Shown here piece by piece: positions 37,701 through 52,700 of a stretch of 64,000 nt of DNA (positions are counted from its first letter, which is position 1; each line of letters begins with the position of its first letter). The translations under genes were made by a program, and so were the position numbers. The stretch spans positions 20,894,001 to 20,958,000 of the forward strand of contig OZ059897.1 of assembly GCA_964057225.1 (NCBI GenBank), read 5' to 3'. Origin of the DNA: Auanema rhodensis (taxonomy: Eukaryota > Animalia > Nematoda). The notes under the pieces are model-generated. The model saw only the letters and a program-made list of their open reading frames with translations. It did no database searches and was not told the origin of the DNA.

Positions 37701-40700
37701 AGGCAAAGACGATGGACAATGTTATTCAACGAAAAAATTATTTCTTCAGGGTGAAAATCGAGGATATAAGTGTGAACTTATATCAGTTGATATCTCGGTG
37801 CATTTTTAAGCTAGCGCAAATCTGATAACACAGATCGACGCAGCTTAAAAATCCGCATCGAATGCACTATACTACATTGAGAAAAGCTTAATACAAAAAT
37901 TAGTTATGATCGTTTGAAAAATGATGCATTAGTGTATGTTGAGTTTCCATGTACACTCAACATTGCTTCCAAAAACATTTTGACAAAAATTTTTTCGAAA
38001 AATTTCAAAATAATTTAGCAAAAAGTAGATGTTTTTAGATTCCTTTTTTCAAGGCAAAGACGATGGACAATGTTATTCAACGAGAAAATTAATTCTTCAG
38101 GGTGAAAATCGAGGATATAAGTGTGAACTTATATCAGTTGATATCTCGGTGCATTTTTAAGCTAGCGCAAATCTGATAACACAGATCGACGCAGCTTAAA
38201 AATCCGCATCGAATGCACTATACTACATTGAAAAAAGCTTAATACAAAAATTAGTTATGATCGTTAGAAAAATGATGCATTAGTGTATGTTGAGTTTCCA
38301 TGTACACTCAACATTGCTTCCAAAAACATTTTGACAAAAATTTTTTCGAAAAATTTCAAAATAATTTAGCAAAAAGTAGATGTTTTTAGATTCCATTTTT
38401 CAAGGCAAAGACGATGGACAATGTTATTCAACGAAAAAGTTAATTCTTCAGGGTGAAAATCGAGGATATAAGTGTGAACTTATATCAGTTGATATCTCGG
38501 TGCATTTTTAAGCTAGCGCAAATCTGATAACACAGATCGACGCAGCTTAAAAATCCGGATCGAATGCACTATACTACATTAAGAAACGCTTGATACAAAA
38601 ATTAGTTATGATCGTTTGAAAAATGATGCATTAGTGTATGTTGAGTTTCCATGTACACTCAACATTGCTTCCAAAAACATTTTGACAAAAATTTTTTCGA
38701 AAAATTTCAAAATAATTTAGCAAAAAGTAGATGTTTTTAGATTCCATTTTTCAAGGCAAAGACGATGGACAATGTTATTCAACGAAAAAATTGATTCTTC
38801 AGGGTGAAAATCGAGGATATAAGTGTGAACTTATATCAGTTGATATCTCGGTGCATTTTTAAGCTAGCGCAAATCTGATAACACAGATCGACGCAGCTTA
38901 AAAATCCGCATCGAATGCACTATACTACATTGAGAAAAGCTTAATACAAAAATTAGTTATGATCGTTTGAAAAATGATGCATTAGTGTATGTTGAGTTTC
39001 TATGTACACTCAACATTGCTTCCAAAAACATTTTGACAAAAATTTTTTCGAAAAATTTCAAAATAATTTAGCAAAAAGTAGATGTTTTTAGATTCCATTT
39101 TTCAAGGCAAAGACGATAGACAATGTTATTCAACGAAAAAGTTAATTCTTCAGGGTGAAACTCGAGGATATAAGTGTGAACTTATATCAGTTGATATCTC
39201 GGTGCATTTTTAAGCTAGCGCAAATCTGATAACACAGATCGACGCAGCTTAAAAATCCGCATCGAATGCACTATATTACATTGAGAAACACTTGATACAA
39301 AAATTAGTTATGATCGTTTGAAAAATGATGCATTAGTGTATGTTGAGTTTCCATGTACACTCAACATTGCTTCCAAAAACATTTTGACAAAAATTTTTTC
39401 GAAAAATTTCAAAATAATTTAGCAAAAAGTAGATGTTTTAAGATTCCATTTTTCAAGGCAAAGACGATGGACAATGTTATTCAACGAAAAAATTAATTCT
39501 TCAGGGTGAAAATCGAGGATATAAGTGTGAACTTATATCAGTTGATATCTCGGTGCATTTTTAAGCTAGCGCAAATCTGAAAACACAGATCGACGCAGCT
39601 TAAAAATCCGCATCGAATGCACTATACTACATTGAGAAAAACTTAATACAAAAATTAGTTATGATCGTTTGAAAAATGATGCATTAGTGTATGTTGAGTT
39701 TCCATGTACACTCAACATTGCTTCCAAAAACATTTTGACAAAAATTTTTTCGAAAAATTTCAAAATAATTTAGCAAAAAGTAGATGTTTTTAGATTCCAT
39801 TTTTCAAGGCAAAGACGATGGACAATGTTATTCAACGAAAAAATTGATTCTTCAGGGTGAAAATCGAGGATATAAGTGTGAACTTATATCAGTTGATATC
39901 TCGGTGCATTTTTAAGCTAGCGCAAATCTGATAACACAGATCGACGCAGCTTAAAAATCCGCATCGAATGCACTATACTACATTGAGAAAAGCTTAATAC
40001 AAAAATTAGTTATGATCGTTTGAAAAATGATGCATTAGTGTATGTTGAGTTTCCATGTACACTCAACATTGCTTCCAAAAACATTTTGACAAAAATTTTT
40101 TCGAAAAATTTCAAAATAATTTAGCAAAAAGTAGATGTTTTTAGATTCCATTTTTCAAGGCAAAGACGATGGACAATGTTATTCAACGAAAAAATTGATT
40201 CTTCAGGGTGAAAATCGAGGATATAAGTGTGAACTTATATCAGTTGATATCTCGGTGCATTTTTAAGCTAGCGCAAATCTGATAACACAGATCGACGCAG
40301 CTTAAAAATCCGCATCGAATGCACTATACTACATTGAGAAAAGCTTAATACAAAAATTAGTTATGATCGTTTGAAAAATGATGCATTAGTGTATGTTGAG
40401 TTTCCATGTACACTCAACATTGCTTCCAAAAACATTTTGACAAAAATTTTTTCGAAAAATTTCAAAATAATTTAGCAAAAAGTAGATGTTTTTAGATTCC
40501 ATTTTTCAAGGCAAAGACGATGGACAATGTTATTCAACGAAAAAATTAATTCTTCAGGGTGAAAATCGAGGATATAAGTGTGAACTTATATCAGTTGATA
40601 TCTCGGTGCATTTTTAAGCTAGCGCAAATCTGATAACACAGATCGACGCAGCTTAAAAATCCGCATCGAATGCACTATACTACATTGAAAAACGCTTAAT

Positions 40701-43700
40701 ACAAAAATTAGTTATGATCGTTTGAAAAATGATGCATTAGTGTATGTTGAGTTTCCATGTACACTCAACATTGCTTCCAAAAACATTTTGACAAAAATTT
40801 TTTCGAAAAATTTCAGAATAATTTAGCGAAAAGTAGATGTTTTTAGATTCGATTTTTCAAGGCAAAGACGATGGACAATGTTATTCAACGAAAAAATTAA
40901 TTCTTCAGGGTGAAAATCGAGGATATAAGTGTGAACTTATATCAGTTGATATCTCGGTGCATTTTTAAGCTAGCGCAAATCTGATAACACAGATCGACGC
41001 AGCTTAAAAATCCGCATCGAATGCACTATACTACATTGAGAAAAGCTTAATACAAAAATTAGTTATGATCGTTTGAAAAATGATGCATTAGTGTATGTTG
41101 AGTTTCCATGTACACTCAACATTGCTTCCAAAAACATTTTGACAAAAATTTTTTCGAAAAATTTCAAAATAATTTAGCAAAAAGTAGATGTTTTTAGATT
41201 CCTTTTCTCAAGGCAAAGACGATGGACAATGTTATTCAACGAAAAAATTATTTCTTCAGGGTGAAAATCGAGGATATAAGTGTGAACTTATATCAGTTGA
41301 TATCTCGGTGCATTTTTAAGCTAGCGCAAATCTGATAACACAGATCGACGCAGCTTAAAAATCCGGATCGAATGCACTATACTACATTAAGAAACGCTTG
41401 ATACAAAAATTAGTTATGATCGTTTGAAAAATGATGCATTAGTGTATGTTGAGTTTCCATGTACACTCAACATTGCTTCCAAAAACATTTTGACAAAAAT
41501 TTTTTCGAAAAATTTCAAAATAATTTAGCAAAAAGTAGATGTTTTTAGATTCCTTTTCTCAAGGCAAAGACGATGGACAATGTTATTCAACGAAAAAATT
41601 ATTTCTTCAGGGTGAAAATCGAGGATATAAGTGTGAACTTATATCAGTTGATATCTCGGTGCATTTTTAAGCTAGCGCAAATCTGATAACACAGATCGAC
41701 GCAGCTTAAAAATCCGGATCGAATGCACTATACTACATTAAGAAACGCTTGATACAAAAATTAGTTATGATCGTTTGAAAAATGATGCATTAGTGTATGT
41801 TGAGTTTCCATGTACACTCAACATTGCTTCCAAAAACATTTTGACAAAAATTTTTTCGAAAAATTTCAAAATAATTTAGCAAAAAGTAGATGTTTTTAGA
41901 TTCCTTTTTTCAAGGCAAAGACGATGGACAATGTTATTCAACGAAAAAATTGATTCTTCAGGGTGAAAATCGAGGATATAAGTGTGAACTTATATCAGTT
42001 GATATCTCGGTGCATTTTTAAGCTAGCGCAAATCTGATAACACAGATCGACGCAGCTTAAAAATCCGCATCGAATGCACTATACTACATTGAGAAAAGCT
42101 TAATACAAAAATTAGTTATGATCGTTTGAAAAATGATGCATTAGTGTATGTTGAGTTTCCATGTACACTCAACATTGCTTCCAAAAACATTTTGACAAAA
42201 ATTTTTTCGAAAAATTTCAAAATAATTTAGCAAAAAGTAGATGTTTTTAGATTCCATTTTTCAAGGCAAAGACGATGGACAATGTTATTCAACGAAAAAA
42301 TTGATTCTTCAGGGTGAAAATCGAGGATATAAGTGTGAACTTATATCAGTTGATATCTCGGTGCATTTTTAAGCTAGCGCAAATCTGATAACACAGATCG
42401 ACGCAGCTTAAAAATCCGCATCGAATGCACTATACTACATTGAGAAAAGCTTAATACAAAAATTAGTTATGATCGTTTGAAAAATGATGCATTAGTGTAT
42501 GTTGAGTTTCCATGTACACTCAACATTGCTTCCAAAAACATTTTGACAAAAATTTTTTCGAAAAATTTCAAAATAATTTAGCAAAAAGTAGATGTTTTTA
42601 GATTCCATTTTTCAAGGCAAAGACGATGGACAATGTTATTCAACGAAAAAATTAATTCTTCAGGGTGAAAATTGAGGATATAAGTGTGAACTTATATCAG
42701 TTGATATCTCGGTGCATTTTTAAGCTAGCGCAAATCTGATAACACAGATCGACGCAGCTTAAAAATCCGCATCGAATGCACTATACTACATTGAAAAACG
42801 CTTAATACAAAAATTAGTTATGATCGTTTGAAAAATGATGCATTAGTGTATGTTGAGTTTCCATGTACACTCAACATTGCTTCCAAAAACATTTTGACAA
42901 AAATTTTTTCGAAAAATTTCAGAATAATTTAGCGAAAAGTAGATGTTTTTAGATTCGATTTTTCAAGGCAAAGACGATGGACAATGTTATTCAACGAAAA
43001 AATCAATTCTTCAGGGTGAAAATCGAGGATATAAGTGTGAACTTATATCAGTTGATATCTCGGTGCATTTTTAAGCTAGCGCAAATCTGATAACACAGAT
43101 CGACGCAGCTTAAAAATCCGCATCGAATGCACTATACTACATTGAAAAACGCTTGATACAAAAATTAGTTATGATCGTTTGAAAAATGATGCATTAGTGT
43201 ATGTTGAGTTTCCATGTACACTCAACATTGCTTCCAAAAACATTTTGACAAAAATTTTTTCGAAAAATTTCAAAATAATTTAGCAAAAAGTAGATGTTTT
43301 TAGATTCCTTTTCTCAAGGCAAAGACGATGGACAATGTTATTCAACGAAAAAATTATTTCTTCAGGGTGAAAATCGAGGATATAAGTGTGAACTTATATC
43401 AGTTGATATCTCGGTGCATTTTTAAGCTAGCGCAAATCTGATAACACAGATCGACGCAGCTTAAAAATCCGGATCGAATGCACTATACTACATTAAGAAA
43501 CGCTTGATACAAAAATTAGTTATGATCGTTTGAAAAATGATGCATTAGTGTATGTTGAGTTTCCATGTACACTCAACATTGCTTCCAAAAACATTTTGAC
43601 AAAAATTTTTTCGAAAAATTTCAAAATAATTTAGCAAAAAGTAGATGTTTTTAGATTCCTTTTCTCAAGGCAAAGACGATGGACAATGTTATTCAACGAA

Positions 43701-46700
43701 AAAATTATTTCTTCAGGGTGAAAATCGAGGATATAAGTGTGAACTTATATCAGTTGATATCTCGGTGCATTTTTAAGCTAGCGCAAATCTGATAACACAG
43801 ATCGACGCAGCTTAAAAATCCGGATCGAATGCACTATACTACATTAAGAAACGCTTGATACAAAAATTAGTTATGATCGTTTGAAAAATGATGCATTAGT
43901 GTATGTTGAGTTTCCATGTACACTCAACATTGCTTCCAAAAACATTTTGACAAAAATTTTTTCGAAAAATTTCAAAATAATTTAGCAAAAAGTAGATGTT
44001 TTTAGATTCCATTTTTCAAGGCAAAGACGATAGACAATGTTATTCAACGGAAAAGTTAATTCTTCAGGGTGAAAATCGAGGATATAAGTGTGAACTTATA
44101 TCAGTTGATATCTCGGTGCATTTTTAAGCTAGCGCAAATCTGATAACACAGATCGACGCAGCTTAAAAATCCGCATCGAATGCACTATACTACATTGAGA
44201 AAAGCTTAATACAAAAATTAGTTATGATCGTTTGAAAAATGATGCATTAGTGTATGTTGAGTTTCCATGTACACTCAACATTGCTTCCAAAAACATTTTG
44301 ACAAAAATTTTTTCGAAAAATTTCAAAATAATTTAGCAAAAAGTAGATGTTTTTAGATTCCTTTTTTCAAGGCAAAGACGATGGACAATGTTATTCAACG
44401 AGAAAATTAATTCTTCAGGGTGAAAATCGAGGATATAAGTGTGAACTTATATCAGTTGATATCTCGGTGCATTTTTAAGCTAGCGCAAATCTGATAACAC
44501 AGATCGACGCAGCTTAAAAATCCGCATCGAATGCACTATACTACATTGAGAAAAGCTTAATACAAAAATTAGTTATGATCGTTAGAAAAATGATGCATTA
44601 GTGTATGTTGAGTTTCCATGTACACTCAACATTGCTTCCAAAAACATTTTGACAAAAATTTTTTCGAAAAATTTCAAAATAATTTAGCAAAAAGTAGATG
44701 TTTTTAGATTCCTTTTCTCAAGGCAAAGACGATGGACAATGTTATTCAACGAAAAAGTTAATTCTTCAGGGTGAAAATCGAGGATATAAGTGTGAACTTA
44801 TATCAGTTGATATCTCGGTGCATTTTTAAGCTAGCGCAAATCTGATAACACAGATCGACGCAGCTTAAAAATCCGGATCGAATGCACTATACTACATTAA
44901 GAAACGCTTGATACAAAAATTAGTTATGATCGTTTGAAAAATGATGCATTAGTGTATGTTGAGTTTCCATGTACACTCAACATTGCTTCCAAAAACATTT
45001 TGACAAAAATTTTTTCGAAAAATTTCAAAATAATTTAGCAAAAAGTAGATGTTTTTAGATTCCTTTTCTCAAGGCAAAGACGATGGACAATGTTATTCAA
45101 CGAAAAAATTATTTCTTCAGGGTGAAAATCGAGGATATAAGTGTGAACTTATATCAGTTGATATCTCGGTGCATTTTTAAGCTAGCGCAAATCTGATAAC
45201 ACAGATCGACGCAGCTTAAAAATCCGGATCGAATGCACTATACTACATTAAGAAACGCTTGATACAAAAATTAGTTATGATCGTTTGAAAAATGATGCAT
45301 TAGTGTATGTTGAGTTTCCATGTACACTCAACATTGCTTCCAAAAACATTTTGACAAAAATTTTTTCGAAAAATTTCAAAATAATTTAGCAAAAAGTAGA
45401 TGTTTTTAGATTCCTTTTCTCAAGGCAAAGACGATGGACAATGTTATTCAACGAAAAAGTTAATTCTTCAGGGTGAAAATCGAGGATATAAGTGTGAACT
45501 TATATCAGTTGATATCTCGGTGCATTTTTAAGCTAGCGCAAATCTGATAACACAGATCGACGCAGCTTAAAAATCCGGATCGAATGCACTATACTACATT
45601 AAGAAACGCTTGATACAAAAATTAGTTATGATCGTTTGAAAAATGATGCATTAGTGTATGTTGAGTTTCCATGTACACTCAACATTGCTTCCAAAAACAT
45701 TTTGACAAAAATTTTTTCGAAAAATTTCAAAATAATTTAGCAAAAAGTAGATGTTTTTAGATTCCTTTTCTCAAGGCAAAGACGATGGACAATGTTATTC
45801 AACGAAAAAGTTAATTCTTCAGGGTGAAAATCGAGGATATAAGTGTGAACTTATATCAGTTGATATCTCGGTGCATTTTTAAGCTAGCGCAAATCTGATA
45901 ACACAGATCGACGCAGCTTAAAAATCCGGATCGAATGCACTATACTACATTAAGAAACGCTTGATACAAAAATTAGTTATGATCGTTTGAAAAATGATGC
46001 ATTAGTGTATGTTGAGTTTCCATGTACACTCAACATTGCTTCCAAAAACATTTTGACAAAAATTTTTTCGAAAAATTTCAAAATAATTTAGCAAAAAGTA
46101 GATGTTTTTAGATTCCTTTTCTCAAGGCAAAGACGATGGACAATGTTATTCAACGAAAAAGTTAATTCTTCAGGGTGAAAATCGAGGATATAAGTGTGAA
46201 CTTATATCAGTTGATATCTCGGTGCATTTTTAAGCTAGCGCAAATCTGATAACACAGATCGACGCAGCTTAAAAATCCGGATCGAATGCACTATACTACA
46301 TTAAGAAACGCTTGATACAAAAATTAGTTATGATCGTTTGAAAAATGATGCATTAGTGTATGTTGAGTTTCCATGTACACTCAACATTGCTTCCAAAAAC
46401 ATTTTGACAAAAATTTTTTCGAAAAATTTCAAAATAATTTAGCAAAAAGTAGATGTTTTTAGATTCCTTTTTTCAAGGCAAAGACGATGGACAATGTTAT
46501 TCAACGAAAAAATTGATTCTTCAGGGTGAAAATCGAGGATATAAGTGTGAACTTATATCAGTTGATATCTCGGTGCATTTTTAAGCTAGCGCAAATCTGA
46601 TAACACAGATCGACGCAGCTTAAAAATCCGGATCGAATGCACTATACTACATTAAGAAACGCTTGATACAAAAATTAGTTATGATCGTTTGAAAAATGAT

Positions 46701-49700
46701 GCATTAGTGTATGTTGAGTTTCCATGTACACTCAACATTGCTTCCAAAAACATTTTGACAAAAATTTTTTCGAAAAATTTCAAAATAATTTAGCAAAAAG
46801 TAGATGTTTTTAGATTCCTTTTCTCAAGGCAAAGACGATGGACAATGTTATTCAACGAAAAAATTATTTCTTCAGGGTGAAAATCGAGGATATAAGTGTG
46901 AACTTATATCAGTTGATATCTCGGTGCATTTTTAAGCTAGCGCAAATCTGATAACACAGATCGACGCAGCTTAAAAATCCGGATCGAATGCACTATACTA
47001 CATTAAGAAACGCTTGATACAAAAATTAGTTATGATCGTTTGAAAAATGATGCATTAGTGTATGTTGAGTTTCCATGTACACTCAACATTGCTTCCAAAA
47101 ACATTTTGACAAAAATTTTTTCGAAAAATTTCAAAATAATTTAGCAAAAAGTAGATGTTTTTAGATTCCTTTTCTCAAGGCAAAGACGATGGACAATGTT
47201 ATTCAACGAAAAAGTTAATTCTTCAGGGTGAAAATCGAGGATATAAGTGTGAACTTATATCAGTTGATATCTCGGTGCATTTTTAAGCTAGCGCAAATCT
47301 GATAACACAGATCGACGCAGCTTAAAAATCCGGATCGAATGCACTATACTACATTAAGAAACGCTTGATACAAAAATTAGTTATGATCGTTTGAAAAATG
47401 ATGCATTAGTGTATGTTGAGTTTCCATGTACACTCAACATTGCTTCCAAAAACATTTTGACAAAAATTTTTTCGAAAAATTTCAAAATAATTTAGCAAAA
47501 AGTAGATGTTTTTAGATTCCTTTTCTCAAGGCAAAGACGATGGACAATGTTATTCAACGAAAAAGTTAATTCTTCAGGGTGAAAATCGAGGATATAAGTG
47601 TGAACTTATATCAGTTGATATCTCGGTGCATTTTTAAGCTAGCGCAAATCTGATAACACAGATCGACGCAGCTTAAAAATCCGGATCGAATGCACTATAC
47701 TACATTAAGAAACGCTTGATACAAAAATTAGTTATGATCGTTTGAAAAATGATGCATTAGTGTATGTTGAGTTTCCATGTACACTCAACATTGCTTCCAA
47801 AAACATTTTGACAAAAATTTTTTCGAAAAATTTCAAAATAATTTAGCAAAAAGTAGATGTTTTTAGATTCCTTTTCTCAAGGCAAAGACGATGGACAATG
47901 TTATTCAACGAAAAAGTTAATTCTTCAGGGTGAAAATCGAGGATATAAGTGTGAACTTATATCAGTTGATATCTCGGTGCATTTTTAAGCTAGCGCAAAT
48001 CTGATAACACAGATCGACGCAGCTTAAAAATCCGGATCGAATGCACTATACTACATTAAGAAACGCTTGATACAAAAATTAGTTATGATCGTTTGAAAAA
48101 TGATGCATTAGTGTATGTTGAGTTTCCATGTACACTCAACATTGCTTCCAAAAACATTTTGACAAAAATTTTTTCGAAAAATTTCAAAATAATTTAGCAA
48201 AAAGTAGATGTTTTTAGATTCCTTTTTTCAAGGCAAAGACGATGGACAATGTTATTCAACGAAAAAATTGATTCTTCAGGGTGAAAATCGAGGATATAAG
48301 TGTGAACTTATATCAGTTGATATCTCGGTGCATTTTTAAGCTAGCGCAAATCTGATAACACAGATCGACGCAGCTTAAAAATCCGCATCGAATGCACTAT
48401 ACTACATTGAGAAAAGCTTAATACAAAAATTAGTTATGATCGTTTGAAAAATGATGCATTAGTGTATGTTGAGTTTCCATGTACACTCAACATTGCTTCC
48501 AAAAACATTTTGACAAAAATTTTTTCGAAAAATTTCAAAATAATTTAGCAAAAAGTAGATGTTTTTAGATTCCATTTTTCAAGGCAAAGACGATGGACAA
48601 TGTTATTCAACGAAAAAATTGATTCTTCAGGGTGAAAATCGAGGATATAAGTGTGAACTTATATCAGTTGATATCTCGGTGCATTTTTAAGCTAGCGCAA
48701 ATCTGATAACACAGATCGACGCAGCTTAAAAATCCGCATCGAATGCACTATACTACATTGAGAAAAGCTTAATACAAAAATTAGTTATGATCGTTTGAAA
48801 AATGATGCATTAGTGTATGTTGAGTTTCCATGTACACTCAACATTGCTTCCAAAAACATTTTGACAAAAATTTTTTCGAAAAATTTCAAAATAATTTAGC
48901 AAAAAGTAGATGTTTTTAGATTCCATTTTTCAAGGCAAAGACGATGGACAATGTTATTCAACGAAAAAATTAATTCTTCAGGGTGAAAATCGAGGATATA
49001 AGTGTGAACTTATATCAGTTGATATCTCGGTGCATTTTTAAGCTAGCGCAAATCTGATAACACAGATCGACGCAGCTTAAAAATCCGCATCGAATGCACT
49101 ATACTACATTGAAAAACGCTTAATACAAAAATTAGTTATGATCGTTTGAAAAATGATGCATTAGTGTATGTTGAGTTTCCATGTACACTCAACATTGCTT
49201 CCAAAAACATTTTGACAAAAATTTTTTCGAAAAATTTCAGAATAATTTAGCGAAAAGTAGATGTTTTTAGATTCGATTTTTCAAGGCAAAGACGATGGAC
49301 AATGTTATTCAACGAAAAAATTAATTCTTCAGGGTGAAAATCGAGGATATAAGTGTGAACTTATATCAGTTGATATCTCGGTGCATTTTTAAGCTAGCGC
49401 AAATCTGATAACACAGATCGACGCAGCTTAAAAATCCGCATCGAATGCACTATACTACATTGAAAAACGCTTGATACAAAAATTAGTTATGATCGTTTGA
49501 AAAATGATGCATTAGTGTATGTTGAGTTTCCATGTACACTCAACATTGCTTCCAAAAACATTTTGACAAAAATTTTTTCGAAAAATTTCAAAATAATTTA
49601 GCAAAAAGTAGATGTTTTTAGATTCCTTTTCTCAAGGCAAAGACGATGGACAATGTTATTCAACGAAAAAATTATTTCTTCAGGGTGAAAATCGAGGATA

Positions 49701-52700
49701 TAAGTGTGAACTTATATCAGTTGATATCTCGGTGCATTTTTAAGCTAGCGCAAATCTGATAACACAGATCGACGCAGCTTAAAAATCCGGATCGAATGCA
49801 CTATACTACATTAAGAAACGCTTGATACAAAAATTAGTTATGATCGTTTGAAAAATGATGCATTAGTGTATGTTGAGTTTCCATGTACACTCAACATTGC
49901 TTCCAAAAACATTTTGACAAAAATTTTTTCGAAAAATTTCAAAATAATTTAGCAAAAAGTAGATGTTTTTAGATTCCTTTTCTCAAGGCAAAGACGATGG
50001 ACAATGTTATTCAACGAAAAAATTATTTCTTCAGGGTGAAAATCGAGGATATAAGTGTGAACTTATATCAGTTGATATCTCGGTGCATTTTTAAGCTAGC
50101 GCAAATCTGATAACACAGATCGACGCAGCTTAAAAATCCGGATCGAATGCACTATACTACATTAAGAAACGCTTGATACAAAAATTAGTTATGATCGTTT
50201 GAAAAATGATGCATTAGTGTATGTTGAGTTTCCATGTACACTCAACATTGCTTCCAAAAACATTTTGACAAAAATTTTTTCGAAAAATTTCAAAATAATT
50301 TAGCAAAAAGTAGATGTTTTTAGATTCCATTTTTCAAGGCAAAGACGATAGACAATGTTATTCAACGGAAAAGTTAATTCTTCAGGGTGAAAATCGAGGA
50401 TATAAGTGTGAACTTATATCAGTTGATATCTCGGTGCATTTTTAAGCTAGCGCAAATCTGATAACACAGATCGACGCAGCTTAAAAATCCGCATCGAATG
50501 CACTATACTACATTGAGAAAAGCTTAATACAAAAATTAGTTATGATCGTTTGAAAAATGATGCATTAGTGTATGTTGAGTTTCCATGTACACTCAACATT
50601 GCTTCCAAAAACATTTTGACAAAAATTTTTTCGAAAAATTTCAAAATAATTTAGCAAAAAGTAGATGTTTTTAGATTCCTTTTTTCAAGGCAAAGACGAT
50701 GGACAATGTTATTCAACGAGAAAATTAATTCTTCAGGGTGAAAATCGAGGATATAAGTGTGAACTTATATCAGTTGATATCTCGGTGCATTTTTAAGCTA
50801 GCGCAAATCTGATAACACAGATCGACGCAGCTTAAAAATCCGCATCGAATGCACTATACTACATTGAGAAAAGCTTAATACAAAAATTAGTTATGATCGT
50901 TAGAAAAATGATGCATTAGTGTATGTTGAGTTTCCATGTACACTCAACATTGCTTCCAAAAACATTTTGACAAAAATTTTTTCGAAAAATTTCAAAATAA
51001 TTTAGCAAAAAGTAGATGTTTTTAGATTCCTTTTCTCAAGGCAAAGACGATGGACAATGTTATTCAACGAAAAAGTTAATTCTTCAGGGTGAAAATCGAG
51101 GATATAAGTGTGAACTTATATCAGTTGATATCTCGGTGCATTTTTAAGCTAGCGCAAATCTGATAACACAGATCGACGCAGCTTAAAAATCCGGATCGAA
51201 TGCACTATACTACATTAAGAAACGCTTGATACAAAAATTAGTTATGATCGTTTGAAAAATGATGCATTAGTGTATGTTGAGTTTCCATGTACACTCAACA
51301 TTGCTTCCAAAAACATTTTGACAAAAATTTTTTCGAAAAATTTCAAAATAATTTAGCAAAAAGTAGATGTTTTTAGATTCCTTTTCTCAAGGCAAAGACG
51401 ATGGACAATGTTATTCAACGAAAAAATTATTTCTTCAGGGTGAAAATCGAGGATATAAGTGTGAACTTATATCAGTTGATATCTCGGTGCATTTTTAAGC
51501 TAGCGCAAATCTGATAACACAGATCGACGCAGCTTAAAAATCCGGATCGAATGCACTATACTACATTAAGAAACGCTTGATACAAAAATTAGTTATGATC
51601 GTTTGAAAAATGATGCATTAGTGTATGTTGAGTTTCCATGTACACTCAACATTGCTTCCAAAAACATTTTGACAAATTTTTTTCGAAAAATTTCAAAATA
51701 ATTTAGCAAAAAGTAGATGTTTTTAGATTCCTTTTCTCAAGGCAAAGACGATGGACAATGTTATTCAACGAAAAAGTTAATTCTTCAGGGTGAAAATCGA
51801 GGATATAAGTGTGAACTTATATCAGTTGATATCTCGGTGCATTTTTAAGCTAGCGCAAATCTGATAACACAGATCGACGCAGCTTAAAAATCCGGATCGA
51901 ATGCACTATACTACATTAAGAAACGCTTGATACAAAAATTAGTTATGATCGTTTGAAAAATGATGCATTAGTGTATGTTGAGTTTCCATGTACACTCAAC
52001 ATTGCTTCCAAAAACATTTTGACAAAAATTTTTTCGAAAAATTTCAAAATAATTTAGCAAAAAGTAGATGTTTTTAGATTCCTTTTCTCAAGGCAAAGAC
52101 GATGGACAATGTTATTCAACGAAAAAATTATTTCTTCAGGGTGAAAATCGAGGATATAAGTGTGAACTTATATCAGTTGATATCTCGGTGCATTTTTAAG
52201 CTAGCGCAAATCTGATAACACAGATCGACGCAGCTTAAAAATCCGGATCGAATGCACTATACTACATTAAGAAACGCTTGATACAAAAATTAGTTATGAT
52301 CGTTTGAAAAATGATGCATTAGTGTATGTTGAGTTTCCATGTACACTCAACATTGCTTCCAAAAACATTTTGACAAAAATTTTTTCGAAAAATTTCAAAA
52401 TAATTTAGCAAAAAGTAGATGTTTTTAGATTCCATTTTTCAAGGCAAAGACGATAGACAATGTTATTCAACGGAAAAGTTAATTCTTCAGGGTGAAAATC
52501 GAGGATATAAGTGTGAACTTATATCAGTTGATATCTCGGTGCATTTTTAAGCTAGCGCAAATCTGATAACACAGATCGACGCAGCTTAAAAATCCGCATC
52601 GAATGCACTATACTACATTGAGAAAAGCTTAATACAAAAATTAGTTATGATCGTTTGAAAAATGATGCATTAGTGTATGTTGAGTTTCCATGTACACTCA

